DNA of 64,000 nucleotides from a virus (taxonomy: Duplodnaviria > Heunggongvirae > Uroviricota > Caudoviricetes): the IMG/VR virus record IMGVR_UViG_3300023371_000005; one strand, written 5' to 3'. Below the pieces are notes generated by a model. That model did no database searches and was not told the DNA's origin. It saw only the letters and a program-made list of their open reading frames with translations. Every line of letters starts with the position of its first letter. Position 1 is the stretch's first letter. A program made the position numbers and the translations under genes. Shown here piece after piece: positions 1 through 14,466 of the stretch.

Positions 1-3000
1 TTTTTGAGTAGAATGGCGAAATCAAAAAGATGGATAACATTCTAAATGAAATGGCTGAAAAATGGGGAACTTTAGCGAAGGATCAACAAATTGCTTTAGC
101 ATAGACTGTTGCTGGCGTTCGTCAATATACTTAGCTAATTGCTTTAATGGATAACTGGAATGCTGGAGATTCTGATAGTATGACAGCTAACTTAAATACT
201 GCTTATAATGCCACTGGCACTTTACAAGAACAAGCAGATATTTATGCAGAATCTTGGGAAGCTGCAAAAGATAGAGTTACTGCAGCGGCAGAAGAAATTT
301 ATAACCAATTATTGAACGATGAATTTTTTATTGATTTAAATAATGGTTTTGCAGGTTTCTTAAATATTATCTCTGATACTATCGACACTCTTGGTGGATT
401 ACCTGGAGTACTTACTGTTGCATCTAGCCTCATGATTAAAATGTTTGGTAAAGATATGGCAAAAGCGATTGATGATTGGGGATATAATATTAAATTGCGC
501 TCTAAAGAGGGCGTTTAGTCTTTAATGGAGCTTAGAGAGCAAGCAAAAAATTCTTTAAAAACAATGTATGCAGATAATGTAGACACTGGTCCTATAAATT
601 CTGCATCTCAAATTGCTTTCAGTGAATATGCTTCTTTAACAGATGTAGTATTAGCAAAACAAAAAGAATTAACTGCTCAAGGTTAGATGCTTTCAGAAGA
701 AAATCAAAAGCAAGTTCAATATTTATTACAAGCAAATGAAGCATATGGAGAGCAAGCAATTCTTGCTGCAAAATCTTTAGAGGCAGCTGAACAGTAGACT
801 CGAGAAAATGAGATGCAATTAAGATATGCTGTTTAGAAGCAAAATACAAAAAATCCTGAAGACAAAAAAGTTGATTTTAAAACAACTTTAAAACCTCAGA
901 TTGATGAAGCTCAAAAAGCTTAGATGTAGTATTCTTCTTTGTATGATGTTTTTTTGAAATTAAAACAATTACAAAATAAAGGTTTAGATAGTGCAACAAT
1001 AATTAAAGAACTGACTGAAATGAGTAATTAGGCTAAAGCGGCAGGCCTTGATATTTCACATTTTGATGCCATTTTACACTCTTTAAATAACGGAGATAGC
1101 GTAGTAGTTACTTTAAATGCAATTGAAAGCAATTTAGATGATCTTGCATTGGAAGCTTTAAATACTGCAGAAACTGTTAAAAATTCTTTAACTGGAATGG
1201 GAATGGATGGCACTCAAGTTGATGCAATTCTTGATTAGTTAATTGAATCTTGGAGACAGCAAGGTATTGTTACTGCGGATTTAGCAGAAAAATTAAAAAA
1301 TATAAAAGTTAATGGAGATGCTGCGGCAGAAGCTATTAGTGGAATGCAAGGTCCTCCACCAACTGTCGGCCAGAAATTTATGGCAGTTGCAAATACAATT
1401 AGTAATATTGCTATGAGTATTAATGTAGTAAAAGGATTAATTGATACTTGGAATAATGAAGATATGAGTTTTGGAGAGAAATTACTTTCCACTTTTACAT
1501 CTCTTGGAATGGTTATTCCAATGGTTACAACTGCTTTTACTGGAAACAATCTTGCAATGTTAGGTAGTGTTTCTTCTTCTATTGTTGCAGCAGCAGGTTT
1601 TGATGGTGTTGCTATTTCTGCAAAAGTTGCTGCAGGTGGTGTTGGAGCATTGTGGGCAGCTTTATGGCCTATTGCATTAGTAGTTGCAGGCTTGACGTTA
1701 GTAATTACTGCATTAGCAGCTGGAGTAAAATATTTATCTGATGAATATAATAAAGATGCTATTGCTGCTAACAAAGCTGCTGAAGCAGCAAATAATTTGA
1801 AAGAAGCATATGAAGAAACTAAGAAATCTTATGAAGATATGATTTCTGCTATGGAAAATTATCAAAGTGCTAGAGACAGTCTTGATAATTTAACTAAGGG
1901 TACTGAAGCATATCGAGATGCCTTAAACGGAGCGAATGAAGCAGCTTTACAATTAATTAAAGCTGGTAATTTGATTCGTGGAGAAGATTACGATATTGTC
2001 GGTGGAGAAATCATTATTAAACAAGAATCAATTGATGCGGCTAAAGAAAATCAATATGGAAAAGTTCAAGAAGCATATGCTGCAAGTACAATGGCAAATG
2101 CAAATGCTAGTCGTTTAAAAGCTGAGGCAGATCAAACTAAACTTACTCGAACTGATGATAAATCTATTTGGTAGGGCGTAGTTGAAGGTATGGTCACAGG
2201 AATGGCTGCAATGATGATTACTGGTAATGCTCCAGCAGTTTTAGCAGGTGCATTAACGGGTGGAGTTGTTGGAGCTATTGATACTGCTCTTATAAATAAA
2301 GCTAGTAATGAAGCACAACAAAAACAAATTGATGATTTAGTAGCTCTTTATGATGAAATGGGAGAAGCTGCTTTTGATTCTGTAGAACTTCAAAAATTAG
2401 GCATTGATACTGCTAATGAAGAATATATTAATTCTTTAAAAGAAATTGTTCGTGCTACCCATCAGGCTGCAGAAGAAATGGAAGTCGCCGCTGAGTTAGC
2501 CGCAACCTCTATTTTGAGTCAAGATGAGCGTTTTGCAAAGTCTCAAGATAGTGAAGAATTATATGCAGCAAGTGGAGAAATATATAATAAATTATATCAA
2601 GATAATTTAAAAAAATATCAAGAAGTTGATATTGCCAATTGGGTAGGAGCTGGAACTGAAGATGCTAAAGATTTATGGAATAAATATTTAGAGGCTTCTG
2701 GCTTAGACGAACTAAGAGGAATTAAAGCCACCAATTTTAGAAAAGATAATACTGTTGACTATGAGTATTATGATGAAGAGGGTAAGAAGCAAGAAGCTAA
2801 TGTTGATTTGGCTACAATGGCTGCGGCAGTTGCAGCTGCAGAAGCAAATAATTTATTAGCTGATTCAGCAAATGTATTACTAGGAATATTTAATGAATTA
2901 AATAATTCTGGTAATGAAGCTGCTTAGGCATTAAAAAATATTATCGCTTATGAAAATGTTGAAAAATCAACTAGAGCTGAGTTTGATGATTTAAAAAATG

Positions 3001-6000
3001 AATATGAATCAGCAGAAGATAAAACTGCTTATTTAAATGAAGCTTTTGGTGGTGCTGATGGTGTTATTGATGAAGCTGAATTAAAGGCTTTGGGGTATGA
3101 TTCCATAGAAGCTTTATAGGCAGGAATTGAATAGGCCATTGAAGATGGTGAAGATGCTTGGGATGATGTTGGTAAACATTTAACTAGCACTGCAAAAAAA
3201 GCATTTAAAAATTCTATGGATTCTGGTATTTTTGATGATTTGACTTTAGAACAAACTAATCAAATGGCAGATCTCTTCCAAGATGCTTTCGCCAAGGGTG
3301 GAGTTGAAGGTTTAGATTCTCTATAGAATAGTTTAAATGTAATGTTTGAGAAGTCTGGTCAAGATGCTGGAAAAATGGCTGCAATCTTAGCAAATGTTGA
3401 TTGGCAAACTACTAATATTGAAGATTTAACTGCAATTTTAGAAGACGCAGGCATTGAAACTGATGGTTTTGCTAATGAGCTAGAAAACTTAATAGACTTA
3501 ATGCAAGAGGGTCAAAACATTGGTTTTGACGGTGCGGCCGATATTTATAAAACTGCTCATGAGATTATTGATGATCTTAAAACTGGAGATACTATTTCTA
3601 GTGAAGATTATGATAATCTTAAAACTATGGGCATTAATATGTCTGACTATTTTGTTCAAATGGCAGATGGGTCTTATAAATTAACTGCTGATGCAAAAGA
3701 ATTCTATGATGTTGTTAATGCTAAAACTTTAGAACAATTCCAAAATAATATTGACGCTTTACGCGGTCAAAAAGCAGATGTAAATAATTTACAAAATAGT
3801 ACCTATGATAAGGATTCTATTGCTACAATGGATACTAATATGATAGGTATGATTAAACAAGATAATGATAAATTAGGAGATCAATTAACTTTCTTAAAAG
3901 CAATTGGTTCTGATTTAGAAAATCTTGATAGCTATATTCAAGAGATTGAAGCTGGTAGACAATTAACCCAACGTCAATTAAGAGAAATTCGCAACGAACT
4001 TGAAGAAAATGCTTGGCAATGGGATAATTTATCTCAAGTAACTGAAGGGTTTGATGCAGAAATCCAACGTAATATGGATGCATATGCTATGTCTGCAACT
4101 ACAGTTGGAGATTTAAATGATATGCTTCGCGAAGGATTAATTAATGCTGAAGCATATAATAAAGCAATTGAATCCGTAATGGATGTGGAATTTGAGGCTG
4201 AAGGGTTAGATGTAGAAGCCGCTAATGATGTAGCAGATGCTTTCCGTGAAATGGCAGATGCTGGTGAAGCAGGCACAGAAGCTTTAAAAGACAATGAAGA
4301 AGCTGTTAAAGATGCTACTGTTCGTTATATGGAACTTAACGAAGCTATTACTGATATTTATGATAATTATGATGATTATATAGATGTTTTAAAAGCAGCA
4401 AGAAAAGCTTCAACTCCTTTAGAAAAAGCTAACCTATTAAATGAAAAATCTGCTAGATCTTTAAGAACTTCTTTGGCAGGTTTGCTTGGCACTACAGAAG
4501 ATTTAATTGATGCAGATTTAATGGCAGCAATTAATCCAGCAGATTTCGAAGCAGCTGCAAACGGTAGTGTTGAAGCTATTGATAGAATTAGAGAGGCTTT
4601 TATAAAATTATAGATTGAAGGTATTGATGGAATTACACTTGATGGCTTAATGGCTGAATTAAATGCATTTAATGATGGTGCTTATATTGATTTAGACAAT
4701 ATGCCAATGCTATGGTCTTTAATTGAAGCAAAGGTTGCCGCAGGTGCAACTGCAGCTGACATTGAAGCTTTGTTAAGTGGTTTGAACATCGATGCTGATG
4801 TTAGTGATTTCTATGGTACGATGGAAGAAATGGCAGCTATTGCAGAGCAAGCTGGTTCTCGTGTAGTACAAGCTACTTCTTTCTCTCAAACATCAACGAC
4901 TGAAACTGAAGCTACTCCACGTACAGTTGATAATGTAAATTTCACTGAAACTGTTACAACTACTAATCATCCGTCTATTGCGGCAGTGCCTATGACAAAT
5001 GGTTTTGGACCATTAATTTATGGTACTAATATGGTTAGTTATTAGAAGTCTGTAAGTGTTGATCCAGTAAGTTATCAAACTCAAGATACTGCAACTGCTA
5101 CTGAAGTTGTCACTGAGAACGCTGCGGGTGAAGAAGGTAAAGTTCGTGGTATTTAGATAAATGGTGCTCATAAAGCTCCAACTGCTTCTAGAACTCCAAG
5201 TCCAACTAATACAACCAGAAAACCTGTATCATCAGGCAGTGGCGGTGGTGGTAGTAGTGGTAGTAAAGCAAAAGAACCTTCTAAACCAAAATAGATGGAT
5301 ACCACTAAACAAACTGATGTAGTAAAAAGATATAAAGAAATTGATGATGCGCTTGATGATTTATCTGATGAATATGATAGAGCTTCTAAATCTGCAGATA
5401 GATTATGGGGCGAACATCGTTTAGATGCTCTTCGTGAACAAAATGCTTTAATTGAAGAGTAGCAAGAATTGTTAGCTGAAAAATAGCGTCAAGCAGAACG
5501 CTATATGAAACAAGATCAAGTTGCTTTACAATAGGCTGCAGCTGCAGCGGGATTAGCCTTCTCATTTGATGATAAAGGTAATATTACTAATTACACTGAC
5601 TAGATGACTGTCCTTTATAATCAGTTAGCTGCCGCAGAATCTCGTTACAATTCTCTTGCTACTGGTGAAGCTCAAGAGTCTTATGAAGAAACTATTCTTG
5701 ACCCTCTAAAAAATAAGATCCAAAACATTGAAGATGCAATGGAGTTATACGAAGAGAGTAAAGAATTATTTGAAGAATTGGGTATTAACATTGAAGATCT
5801 TCAAGATTAGATTATGCAAAATAATTATGATATTATAATGGACGGTTTAGAGCTTCATATTGGTTTTAATGAAGAAGATTTAGAAATAATTAATTATTAT
5901 TTATCTAAGATTGAAGATGATTTTTATTCTATGGCTGAAGCTGCTGCTTTAATAGCAAATCCAAAAGGAAATAGTCAATTGACTGAGTATATTTCTAATT

Positions 6001-8312
6001 TAGAAGAATATGAATCTTCTCTTCAAGGATTAAATAAAGCTTATGTCGCAGGAGAAATTACTGAAGCAATGTATCAAGAAGGCTTAGAAGAAGTCCGTTC
6101 TGGTATTAGAGATAATTTAAGTTCTTTAGTTGAATTAGATAATACTATGAAAGAGTATTATAGTAAAACTCTAAATATGGCCTAGGAAGAATTAGCGAAG
6201 TATACTGACCGTATGGAGCATCAAACTGAAGTTCTAGAACATTATCAATCTTTAATGGAAATTCTTGGCAAAGAAACTGACTATAACGGTTTAGGAATTA
6301 TTCTTGAAGGTCAAGCAAAAACTATTGAAAATCAAATGAAGGTTGCTAAAGAAGCATATGCTATGTATCAATCTGAAGCAGATGAAAAGAAGAAATTGCT
6401 TGATTAGGCTATTGCCACAGGAAATACTGAAGCTGCAGAAGTATATCAGAAAGAATGGGAAGCTGCTAATGCTGCTGCCATGGAAGCTCAACAAGATATG
6501 CTTGATAAAACTGAAGAGTGGGCTGATGCATTACGAGCAATACTGGAGAATAAACTATCTGGTTTCGCTCAAAATTTAGAGAACGCTCTGACCGGAGGCA
6601 CATCTTTTGATACTTTAACTACTTCTATGGAGCGAGCAGCTAGTCTACAAGAAGAATATTTAACAACGACTAACCAAATTTATGAGACTAATAAGTTGAT
6701 GCGCGTTGCACAGCAAGCTATTGATAATTCCACTAGTAGTATTGCAAAGCAAAAACTAAAAGGATTTATTAATGAAACTAAGCAATTGCAAGATCAAACA
6801 AAGTTAAGTAAATACGAGTTAGAAATTCAGCAAGCAAAATATAATTTATTATTGGCTGAGATGGCTCTAGAAGATGCTCGTGATGCGAAAACTGTTGTTA
6901 GATTAAAGCGTGATAATGAAGGCAATCTTGGTTATGTATATACCGCAGATCAAGATAAGTTGGCCGAAGCGCAACAAGAGTTAGAAGACGCACAAAATAG
7001 TTTATATAATATTGGATTGGAAGGCGCTAATGAATATAGTGAAAAGTATCAGCAAACCATGAGTGAAATGTATGATACATTTACTGAACTCCAAGAGCAG
7101 TATTTGAGTGGTGAATTCGAAACTGAAGCTGAATATCAAGATGCTATGTTAAAAGCTAAGGAATATTATTATGAAAAATTGAAGAGTTATTCTTCTCTGC
7201 ATCAAATAGCATTGACTACAGATAGTCGAGTCATTGCAGATGCTTGGTCTTCTGATTATAGCGAAATGATTTTCAATACTGAAGATTGGATGCGCGCAGT
7301 TACTGAATATGTTGGTAATGTAAATCTTGCATTTGACGAATGGGAAGAAAATGTTGATACTATTACTAATGAGACTCTTGGACCAAATCTTGATACTCTT
7401 GAAGATAACGTTAAAGATATTACAGATGCTAATGATGCTTTAACTGATTCTATCGTAAAAGATGGCGGCGTTATTGACGCTATTGAGTCTGAATTGGATC
7501 AAGTTAGTGAATTGACTGGTAAATACGCTAATTTAAGACAATAGATTCAGGGACTGATTGCGGATCATGAAACTCTTATGGTACGTATTGGCAATGAACC
7601 TAATCCTTACACTCCTCCTGGAACTGGTACTTCTGGAAGTTCTTCTTCTAGCGGAGGTAGTAGTGGAAGTTCTAATTCTGGTAATTCTTCTAGTGGTAGT
7701 GGTCGAGGTTCTAGTACAGCAAGCACATCTTCTGGAACTAGTACTAAAGAAGCAAGTGCTCCAGAATATAGTGACACTACTAAGCAAGGAGTTGCTCTCG
7801 CAATTTGGAATGGTGGTTTTGGTTGGGGTAACGGTACTACCCGCCGCAACCGGTTGGATGAAAAAGGATTTGATCCCGAAGAAATCCAGCGTATTGTTGA
7901 TATTACTAATCCTAATGGAGATTGGCGTACTCGTTATGGAATTTCTGACTTAAGTAAGTATGCTTATTCTAGTTTTGATACTGGTGGTTATACTGGAGCT
8001 TGGGGTTCTTATGGTAAGTTCGCTATGTTACATGAAAAAGAATTGATTTTGAATCCAGGTGAAACTGAAAACTTTTTAGCAAGTATGGAAGTATTGCGTA
8101 GTATTATCAAGATGATTGACTTACAAAGCACTGCTTCTCAGCTAGGTGGATTGTTACATAGTCCTGGATATTACGCTCCTCAAACTTCTGAGGTATTAGA
8201 GCAAAATGTTCATATTGAAGCTAGCTTCCCTGAAGTAACTGATAGATATGAAATTGAAGCTGCTTTGACTTCTATCGTCAATCGTGCTTCTCAATACGCT
8301 AACCGTAAATAA
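1..8312 (+). CDS. Giant tail tape-measure-like protein, 5' partial, >2770 codons. One continuous frame with about 30 in-frame TAG read as sense, ending at TAA 8310-8312.
   Basis: All track ORFs 147..518, 1344..2174, 2190..2927, 3342..4613, 4650..5045, 5604..5810, 5814..6185, 6213..6407, 6480..7544 and 7578..8312 share one frame (start mod 3 = 0) and are separated only by single TAG codons. Long coiled-coil A/E/K-rich repeats. Hydrophobic TM-like segment (VGALWAALWPIALVVAGLTLVITALAAGV). Ser/Gly-rich linker near the C-terminus. Confidence 0.55.
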
Positions 8313-8318
8313 ATTTTT

Positions 8319-8351
8319 GGGTAGGTTGTAGAAATACAACCTACCCTTTTT
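8319..8351 (+). terminator. Rho-independent terminator after the tape-measure gene
   Basis: GGGTAGGTTGTA-gaaa-TACAACCTACCC perfect 12-bp stem followed by TTTTT. Confidence 0.6.
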
Positions 8352-8374
8352 CTTATTTGGTCTAATATAAAAAA

Positions 8375-8403
8375 TTGACTTTTCTAAATTTTTATGATAT
8401 AAT
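8375..8403 (+). promoter_or_regulatory. Sigma70-like promoter: TTGACT, 17-nt spacer, TATAAT
   Basis: ttgact 8375-8380, 17-nt AT-rich spacer, tataat 8398-8403. AAAGGAG RBS 8418-8424 follows. Confidence 0.55.
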
Positions 8404-8433
8404 AGATTATAAGAGAGAAAGGAGATATTGGTT

Positions 8434-11400
8434 GTGGTAATAGATTATGCTGAGGAACTGTTAAAAGCAGTTGATATAGTTGTAGAATAGCGTATTCGAA
8501 ATATCCAAATGGATACTACAATTATTTGTACTGTTACTGATAATACAGAAAAGAAAAGTGGCATATATCAGGTAACTGATGGTGCCGCAAAATTTACTGC
8601 CAAAACCGATGCCAATAGTAGATATTATAATGTCGGAGATACTGTAAGAGTTCTTGCTATTAAAGGCGATTTGGGTAACTGTTATATTAGTGGTAAATAT
8701 TCTTATAATGATGACAGTGATCCCTTAACTTATATTTCTCCATCTGAAACTGTTGTTGATATGACTGATAATCTGATTCCAGGTAAAGTAGATGCTTGGG
8801 GCATTACCGCAAATGGCGATGAAACTCAACTTCCTCTTTGGAGTGTAAATTTATCTAATTCAGATTATAAAGATTTACAAACTAACAGTATTTATAATAC
8901 TCTTAATCTAAAGGCAGATTTTAAATGTCTTTTATCTAATTATAAAATGAAAACAGGTACTTATGGTTTAATTTTACGATTAGATGTTAGACCAACAAAT
9001 GATAATAGCCAAACAATTAGTCAATGGGTATCATTAGATTCCACAGATATGTTTGGTAATCCATATGCATTTATGGTATATTCTACACAAGAAGCCACAT
9101 TCGATATTTCTGGATTGGGCACAATTGAAAGTCTTCAATTATTTTTATATCAAAATGATGATTTTGAATTTTATAATGATAAAGGTTTCCCTGAGCGGTT
9201 ACCTGCGGTTGATTTCAGTAATATTCTTGTGAAGAATATTTATTTGAGTTTTGGCTCAGATTTAACTAAAGTAGAAGATAATACTTTACAAATTTATACT
9301 GGCGATAGTGCTATTTATAATATTAGCGACGATGGTAGTAATTCTCGTGACATCGGATTGCTATGGTATAATAAAGACGAAGATAATACTTATATTGGTT
9401 TTAGTGATGGTATTTATGACCCCGGTTATGATGAAATTACTTATTTAGAAATAAGTGAAGTTGATAGTCGTTTGGTCGCTCAAATGGGCAAGGACGTTCC
9501 TAATGATGAAATTGCATTAGGGATTTCAGCTGATATTGAAGAGGCTCAACCGATTTTCAAAAATCTTCGTAATGCTTTAACAAGAGATTTAAGAAATAAC
9601 TTAACTTCTTATCGAGATTAGATTCAATCAATTGAGACTTTTAAAGACGATTTTGAACTTCTGTTATCTGAAATTTCAATTGTCGGTTAGCAAATTGAAG
9701 AAGATCAAAAAACTATGACAGAAGAATATGCTACAATTTTATCTGCGGCAAAAAAAATTCAAGATGGTATTGTTGTAGCTAAACCAAATCAAACTGTTAC
9801 AATTGATAAGATAAAAGAAAAAGTAAATTCTGTTATTGGGGATACAGATGCTTTATTGTCAGCAACAGAGACTGAAATAAAAGATAAATATACTGGTTTT
9901 GTAAGTATATATGATACTTATGAGGCTCGTATTGAAAAAGTCAAAAAGTCAATTACTGGTTATATCGATCAGCTGAATGCATTATTAGCTGATGATGCCA
10001 ATAAGATGGATGCTTTCTTCCTGCCAGGTTATAATTTTGAGCCTTATGGAAGAACTGATTTTAGTGAATATGATAATAAATACTGTATTTACTGGTATCG
10101 GTATGAACCTGGTTATGCTAACTTAGAAGAAAGATTCCTTGAAACAGGATGGCATAGATTATCAAAAAAATTAAATGTTGGATTGCCTTCTGCAAAACTA
10201 AGTGAAGATAGTATTTATAATGCTAAAAAAACATTAAATCCAGAAGGAATTTTAGAAGTAGAATTAGATACTCAATACGTAGAAGAAAAATATATGGCAG
10301 TATTATTCTTTAATCATAATATGTATAAGAGTAATATTCTAACTTTTACAAATGCAAATCCTCCTGTAGATGAGAAGATTGTAGACTAGGCTGATGCTTG
10401 TCGCATTGAGCATGGAGATAACTCTCAACCTTCTTATCAAGTTTATGGATTAAATAACTTATTAGTAAATGCGGCCGATGGTTATCGTAAACGCGAACTG
10501 TTATTGCGCTATGAGGGCTTGACCGCAGGTGATGAAGCATTATACGGAGCGCAGATTTTCTGGTACATTCCTAAAAATTCAACTATGTTGAAATATGAAC
10601 TTGAAGATTTTGACAGTTCTTGGTCTAATGATGAAAAGGCTATGCCTGGAGTAACTTCTCCTTATTCTAAGACTGGTTATGTATGCTTCTATAAAACAAT
10701 CGGTGGTACAGAAAGCACTGACGAAGATGGAAAAGTTCATTATGAAATTGCAAATCGAGACAGATATTTTACATACCGCATAAAAGATTATTATTCTCAA
10801 AGTTTTACAAATAATACAATTTATTGTAGAGTTGTAAAACCTAATTATTATGACTGCAATGCAGAGATTTCTTTAATATTTAGTAGCTTTGGTACTTCTG
10901 GAACAGATTATACTTTAGTAATTTCTCCTAATACCGCAAAAGCTGCGGCAGATGGTGTATTAGAAGATGGAGCTAATCTTCCTCTTGGTCTGGCATTATA
11001 TGATTATGATAATAATCGAATTAAGATTTTGGATAGTGCTCCGGCAGTTGATAATCCAGATCCATACTTAGCAAGTTTAGAATGGATTGGTCCTACTGGA
11101 TATTATGCCGCACCAGTCTACAATAGTGATCCTAAAGGATATGGTGTTGAAAGAATTAATATCACCTTAAAAGAGAGCGAAGGTCCATTGCAAAAATACT
11201 ATAATGGTATTTTGAAAGCGACAGTCCCTTACCCTATTGATGAATTAGGTGAAATTATCAATTTAATTTCTATTTATACTGTTCCTTATACAGCTGGAAA
11301 TTATTATATTGAAGGTCCTGGTATTGTAGTTTATAACTCTGATGGAGTTAATCCTACTTATTATAAAAATCCATATAAGATTTTTAGACGTAAGGAAGAA

Positions 11401-14013
11401 ACTGATGCTGATGGTAATGTAATCCATGAAGCTGATTCTGAAGTTACTGGTGTAACTTGGAAGATTATGTATTATAAAGAAAATGGCGATATTATGACTG
11501 CCACAGATTGGGGTCAATCACAATATGCTGTTTTACAAAGTTATATGCCTAAATTGAATGAGCGAAATTGCTTGATTCCTTGTCATATTTTCTTAGAAAA
11601 TAATGGTGGTACAATGGTTTATCCAGTTGTTACTTGTGAAGATGAGGATGCAGTAGTAATTTGGGCTCAGCCAATTTATTGTATGAAAAATAGATACGCT
11701 TCTGCTATGATCAATAAATGGGACGGTAGTCTAGTTATTGATGAAGAGAATGGAACTATTATGTCTACTATGGTAGGTGCGGGCCGCAAGAACTCAGAAA
11801 ACCAATTTGAAGGTGTTTTACTGGGCGATGTAAATACCGCCTCTGAAGATAATGCTACTGGCGTAGGCTTATATGGTTTCCACAAAGGAGCGCAAAGCTT
11901 TAATTTCAATGTTGATGGTACTGCTTTTATCGGTAAATCTGGTAGAGGTAGAATCAAGTTTGATGGAAATACAGGTACTATTACAAGTGCTTCGTATGAA
12001 CAAGCAAAAGATTCTTCTGGAATGAAAATTGATTTAGATGATGGTATCATTGACATGAAGGGAGCTAAAATTGATGCTACTACTGGTAAGTATGTAGCAG
12101 ATACTGCAAGTCATATTCATATTGATGTAAAAAGTCCTTATTTCAAGATTGATAGTGTTAAAGGTAAAACTTTAATGTTTATCGGCGGAGAGAAAGAAGG
12201 ATATTATTTACAATCTGACGAATATAATGAAACAAAATTTACTTTGAATGAGACTGAATCTAATGGCTTAACTACACCAACTACTGATACTACTGGTACC
12301 GGTATGCGATTGGATTTAAAAAATGGTACATTAGATGCATTTGATTTTTATTTAACTTCAAAGAATGTAATGTTAAATTCAAAAGATTCAAGTAAACCTT
12401 ATTTTGTTATTAAAGATAATTGTAACAATATGCTTATGCATATTGGTGGTACTAAGTTCTGGCTAAAATCTGCTGATTATAGTGAGACTGCAGCTGGTGA
12501 ACCTGAATCTGGTATGAAAATTGATTTATCTACTGGTAAAATTGATGCTTTTAATTTTTCATTAGTTTCTAGTAGAGTTAAATTGAGTACTAGCGGAACA
12601 GTAACAAAACCTTATTTAGAAATTGTTGGTAATGATATAACTTTAATGCATATTTCTGAAGCGGGACAATATATTCGTTCTAATACTTTTATTCGAGAGG
12701 CTGCTGGTACTCCTGGAACAGGTATGGAAATTAATCTTGGTACTGGAGAATTTACAGCTTATACATTTAATTTAAAAGCTGGTAATGCTTCTACTGGTCA
12801 ATTAAGAATTGATAGTAGTGCCGCACAATATCCTTTGTGGATAGGTACAATTGATAAAACCTATGATCCTGAAAATGATGATCCAGAAGATATAATTCCT
12901 AATTTTAAAGTTGATTGGGCCGGCAATTTTTATTCACAAGGTGGTAAATTTACCGGAGCAATTCATGCAACTAGCGGTACTCTTGGTAGTTTAACTGTTA
13001 GTGGTGTTTTGACAGGTGGTACTATTTCAGGTGCTACTATTGAAGGTGGCGTGTTAAAAGTAGGTCCAACCTCAGGAGAAACTGGTTATCAGTTATATGC
13101 TGATAACAAAGAGGTTGTAATTAAAAATGCAAAAATTATAAATTGTGATATTTAGAGCGGCGATGGAGCTCCCACAGGTACTGGTGGATTTAGTGTCACT
13201 CCAGCGGGTATTATGAAAGGTTTTGGTTGTAGTTTAACAAATGGATCTTTTACCACTTGTACTGTAATTGATTCTTTATATATCGGAGGAACTGTGGATG
13301 GAAAGACCGTTTCTGGCAATATTTATTTAAATGGTAATAATAAAATATATTTTGGTTCTGGTACTGGTAATTATTTATATTTTTCAGATGATGGTCGTGT
13401 TTCAGTAAGTGCTTTAACGGCTTTTTATGCTAATAAAATAAATGCTTCAAAAATAACTGCTTATCAAATTGTTGGTGCGCTAGAATCGAATGGCATGGAA
13501 GACTATAATACTCAAGTGTTATTTACTTCAGGAGCAAAAGTAAAAGGTCATTATTTATCAGCAGAAAATTCTTCTGGAGCTTTACTATTTTCAGCAGGTG
13601 ATAATACCGCTGGTTTATATGCTAGTAGCGTTTATTTAGGTGGTACTAAGACCGCTTCTGTTAATGTAGCAGATGGTAATGGTAGTGTTGTAAGCTTAGA
13701 GGCATATATAAAATCAATAATAAAAGATAGCGTTACAGTATCTGTGACTTCTGGAGCTAGTGATACAACAGTAACTGGTGGAACAGATGGGGTTTATACA
13801 GTAACAACAACAGATAATAAAACTGTTACAGCATCTTAGACAATTTGTTGTTATACATATACACAACCTTCTGGAGGTTATTTTTCTACTACTGAAACAG
13901 CTGGTAGTCCGCCATCAGGTTCTTACTATACTTATTGTACTAAAGATAAATCTCAAACAAAAGATGTTTCAACTTCTGGTACAATTCAAGTAGCTGTTAC
14001 TATTAAAGATTAA
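8434..14013 (+). CDS. Very large tail/baseplate structural protein, about 1860 aa, 5 in-frame TAG. GTG start; TTG 8428 or ATG 8509 are alternatives.
   Basis: Track ORFs 8509..9621, 9715..10389, 10504..13155 and 13213..13839 are all in frame 1 and joined by single TAGs (8488, 9619, 10387, 13153, 13837). The frame continues to TAA 14011-14013. Gly/Thr-rich beta-type repeats near the C-terminus. Confidence 0.55.
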
Positions 14014-14038
14014 AAAGGAGAAAAAGGAGATATACGTT

Positions 14039-14404
14039 ATGAAAATGACAAATTTAGAAATTTATAATACTGCAAGTCACCTTATGGAGGCTTTCAGTGA
14101 TGGTAATCAAAAATTACCTGTTAAATTGAATTTCTTCTTACAGAAGAATAAAAAGACTTTATTGGGTTTAGCTCAAGAAATTGAAGAGGCTCGTTTGAAT
14201 GTTGCTAAAGAACTCGGCGTTCAAAATGAAAATGGTGGATATACCGTCGAACCTGAAAATGTTGATAAGGCCCAAGCTGAATTAACTCAGTTGTTTAATA
14301 TTGAGCAAGAGGTTGACATTGCTATGATTAGTTATGATGATCTCGATCCTGGTATGACAATGACTGCTGCCCAGATGGAAGCATTATTGTTCATGATTAA
14401 GTAA
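14039..14404 (+). CDS. Hypothetical protein, 121 aa
   Basis: ATG preceded by AAAGGAG repeats. TAA stop. No TAG. Confidence 0.5.
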   Translation: MKMTNLEIYNTASHLMEAFSDGNQKLPVKLNFFLQKNKKTLLGLAQEIEEARLNVAKELGVQNENGGYTVEPENVDKAQAELTQLFNIEQEVDIAMISYDDLDPGMTMTAAQMEALLFMIK

Positions 14405-14410
14405 TTATAT

Positions 14411-14446
14411 GGGCTACTGGAAATTTTCCAGTAGCCCAATTTTTTA
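14411..14446 (+). terminator. Rho-independent terminator
   Basis: GGGCTACTGGAAA / TTTCCAGTAGCCC 13-bp stem followed by a T-run. Confidence 0.55.
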
Positions 14447-14466
14447 GAGAGAAAGGAGTTAGAGTT

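Noticed and set aside
1235-1774. Antisense or overlapping ORFs inside the large genes, for example 1235..1774 (-), 7533..7787 (-), 7558..7953 (+), 7607..7849 (-), 11676..12056 (-), 22616..23020 (-), 53910..54293 (+) and 53998..54429 (-)
   Set aside because: They lie wholly inside long, well-supported genes on the opposite strand or in another frame. They have low-complexity or biased composition and no RBS. These are typical shadow ORFs.
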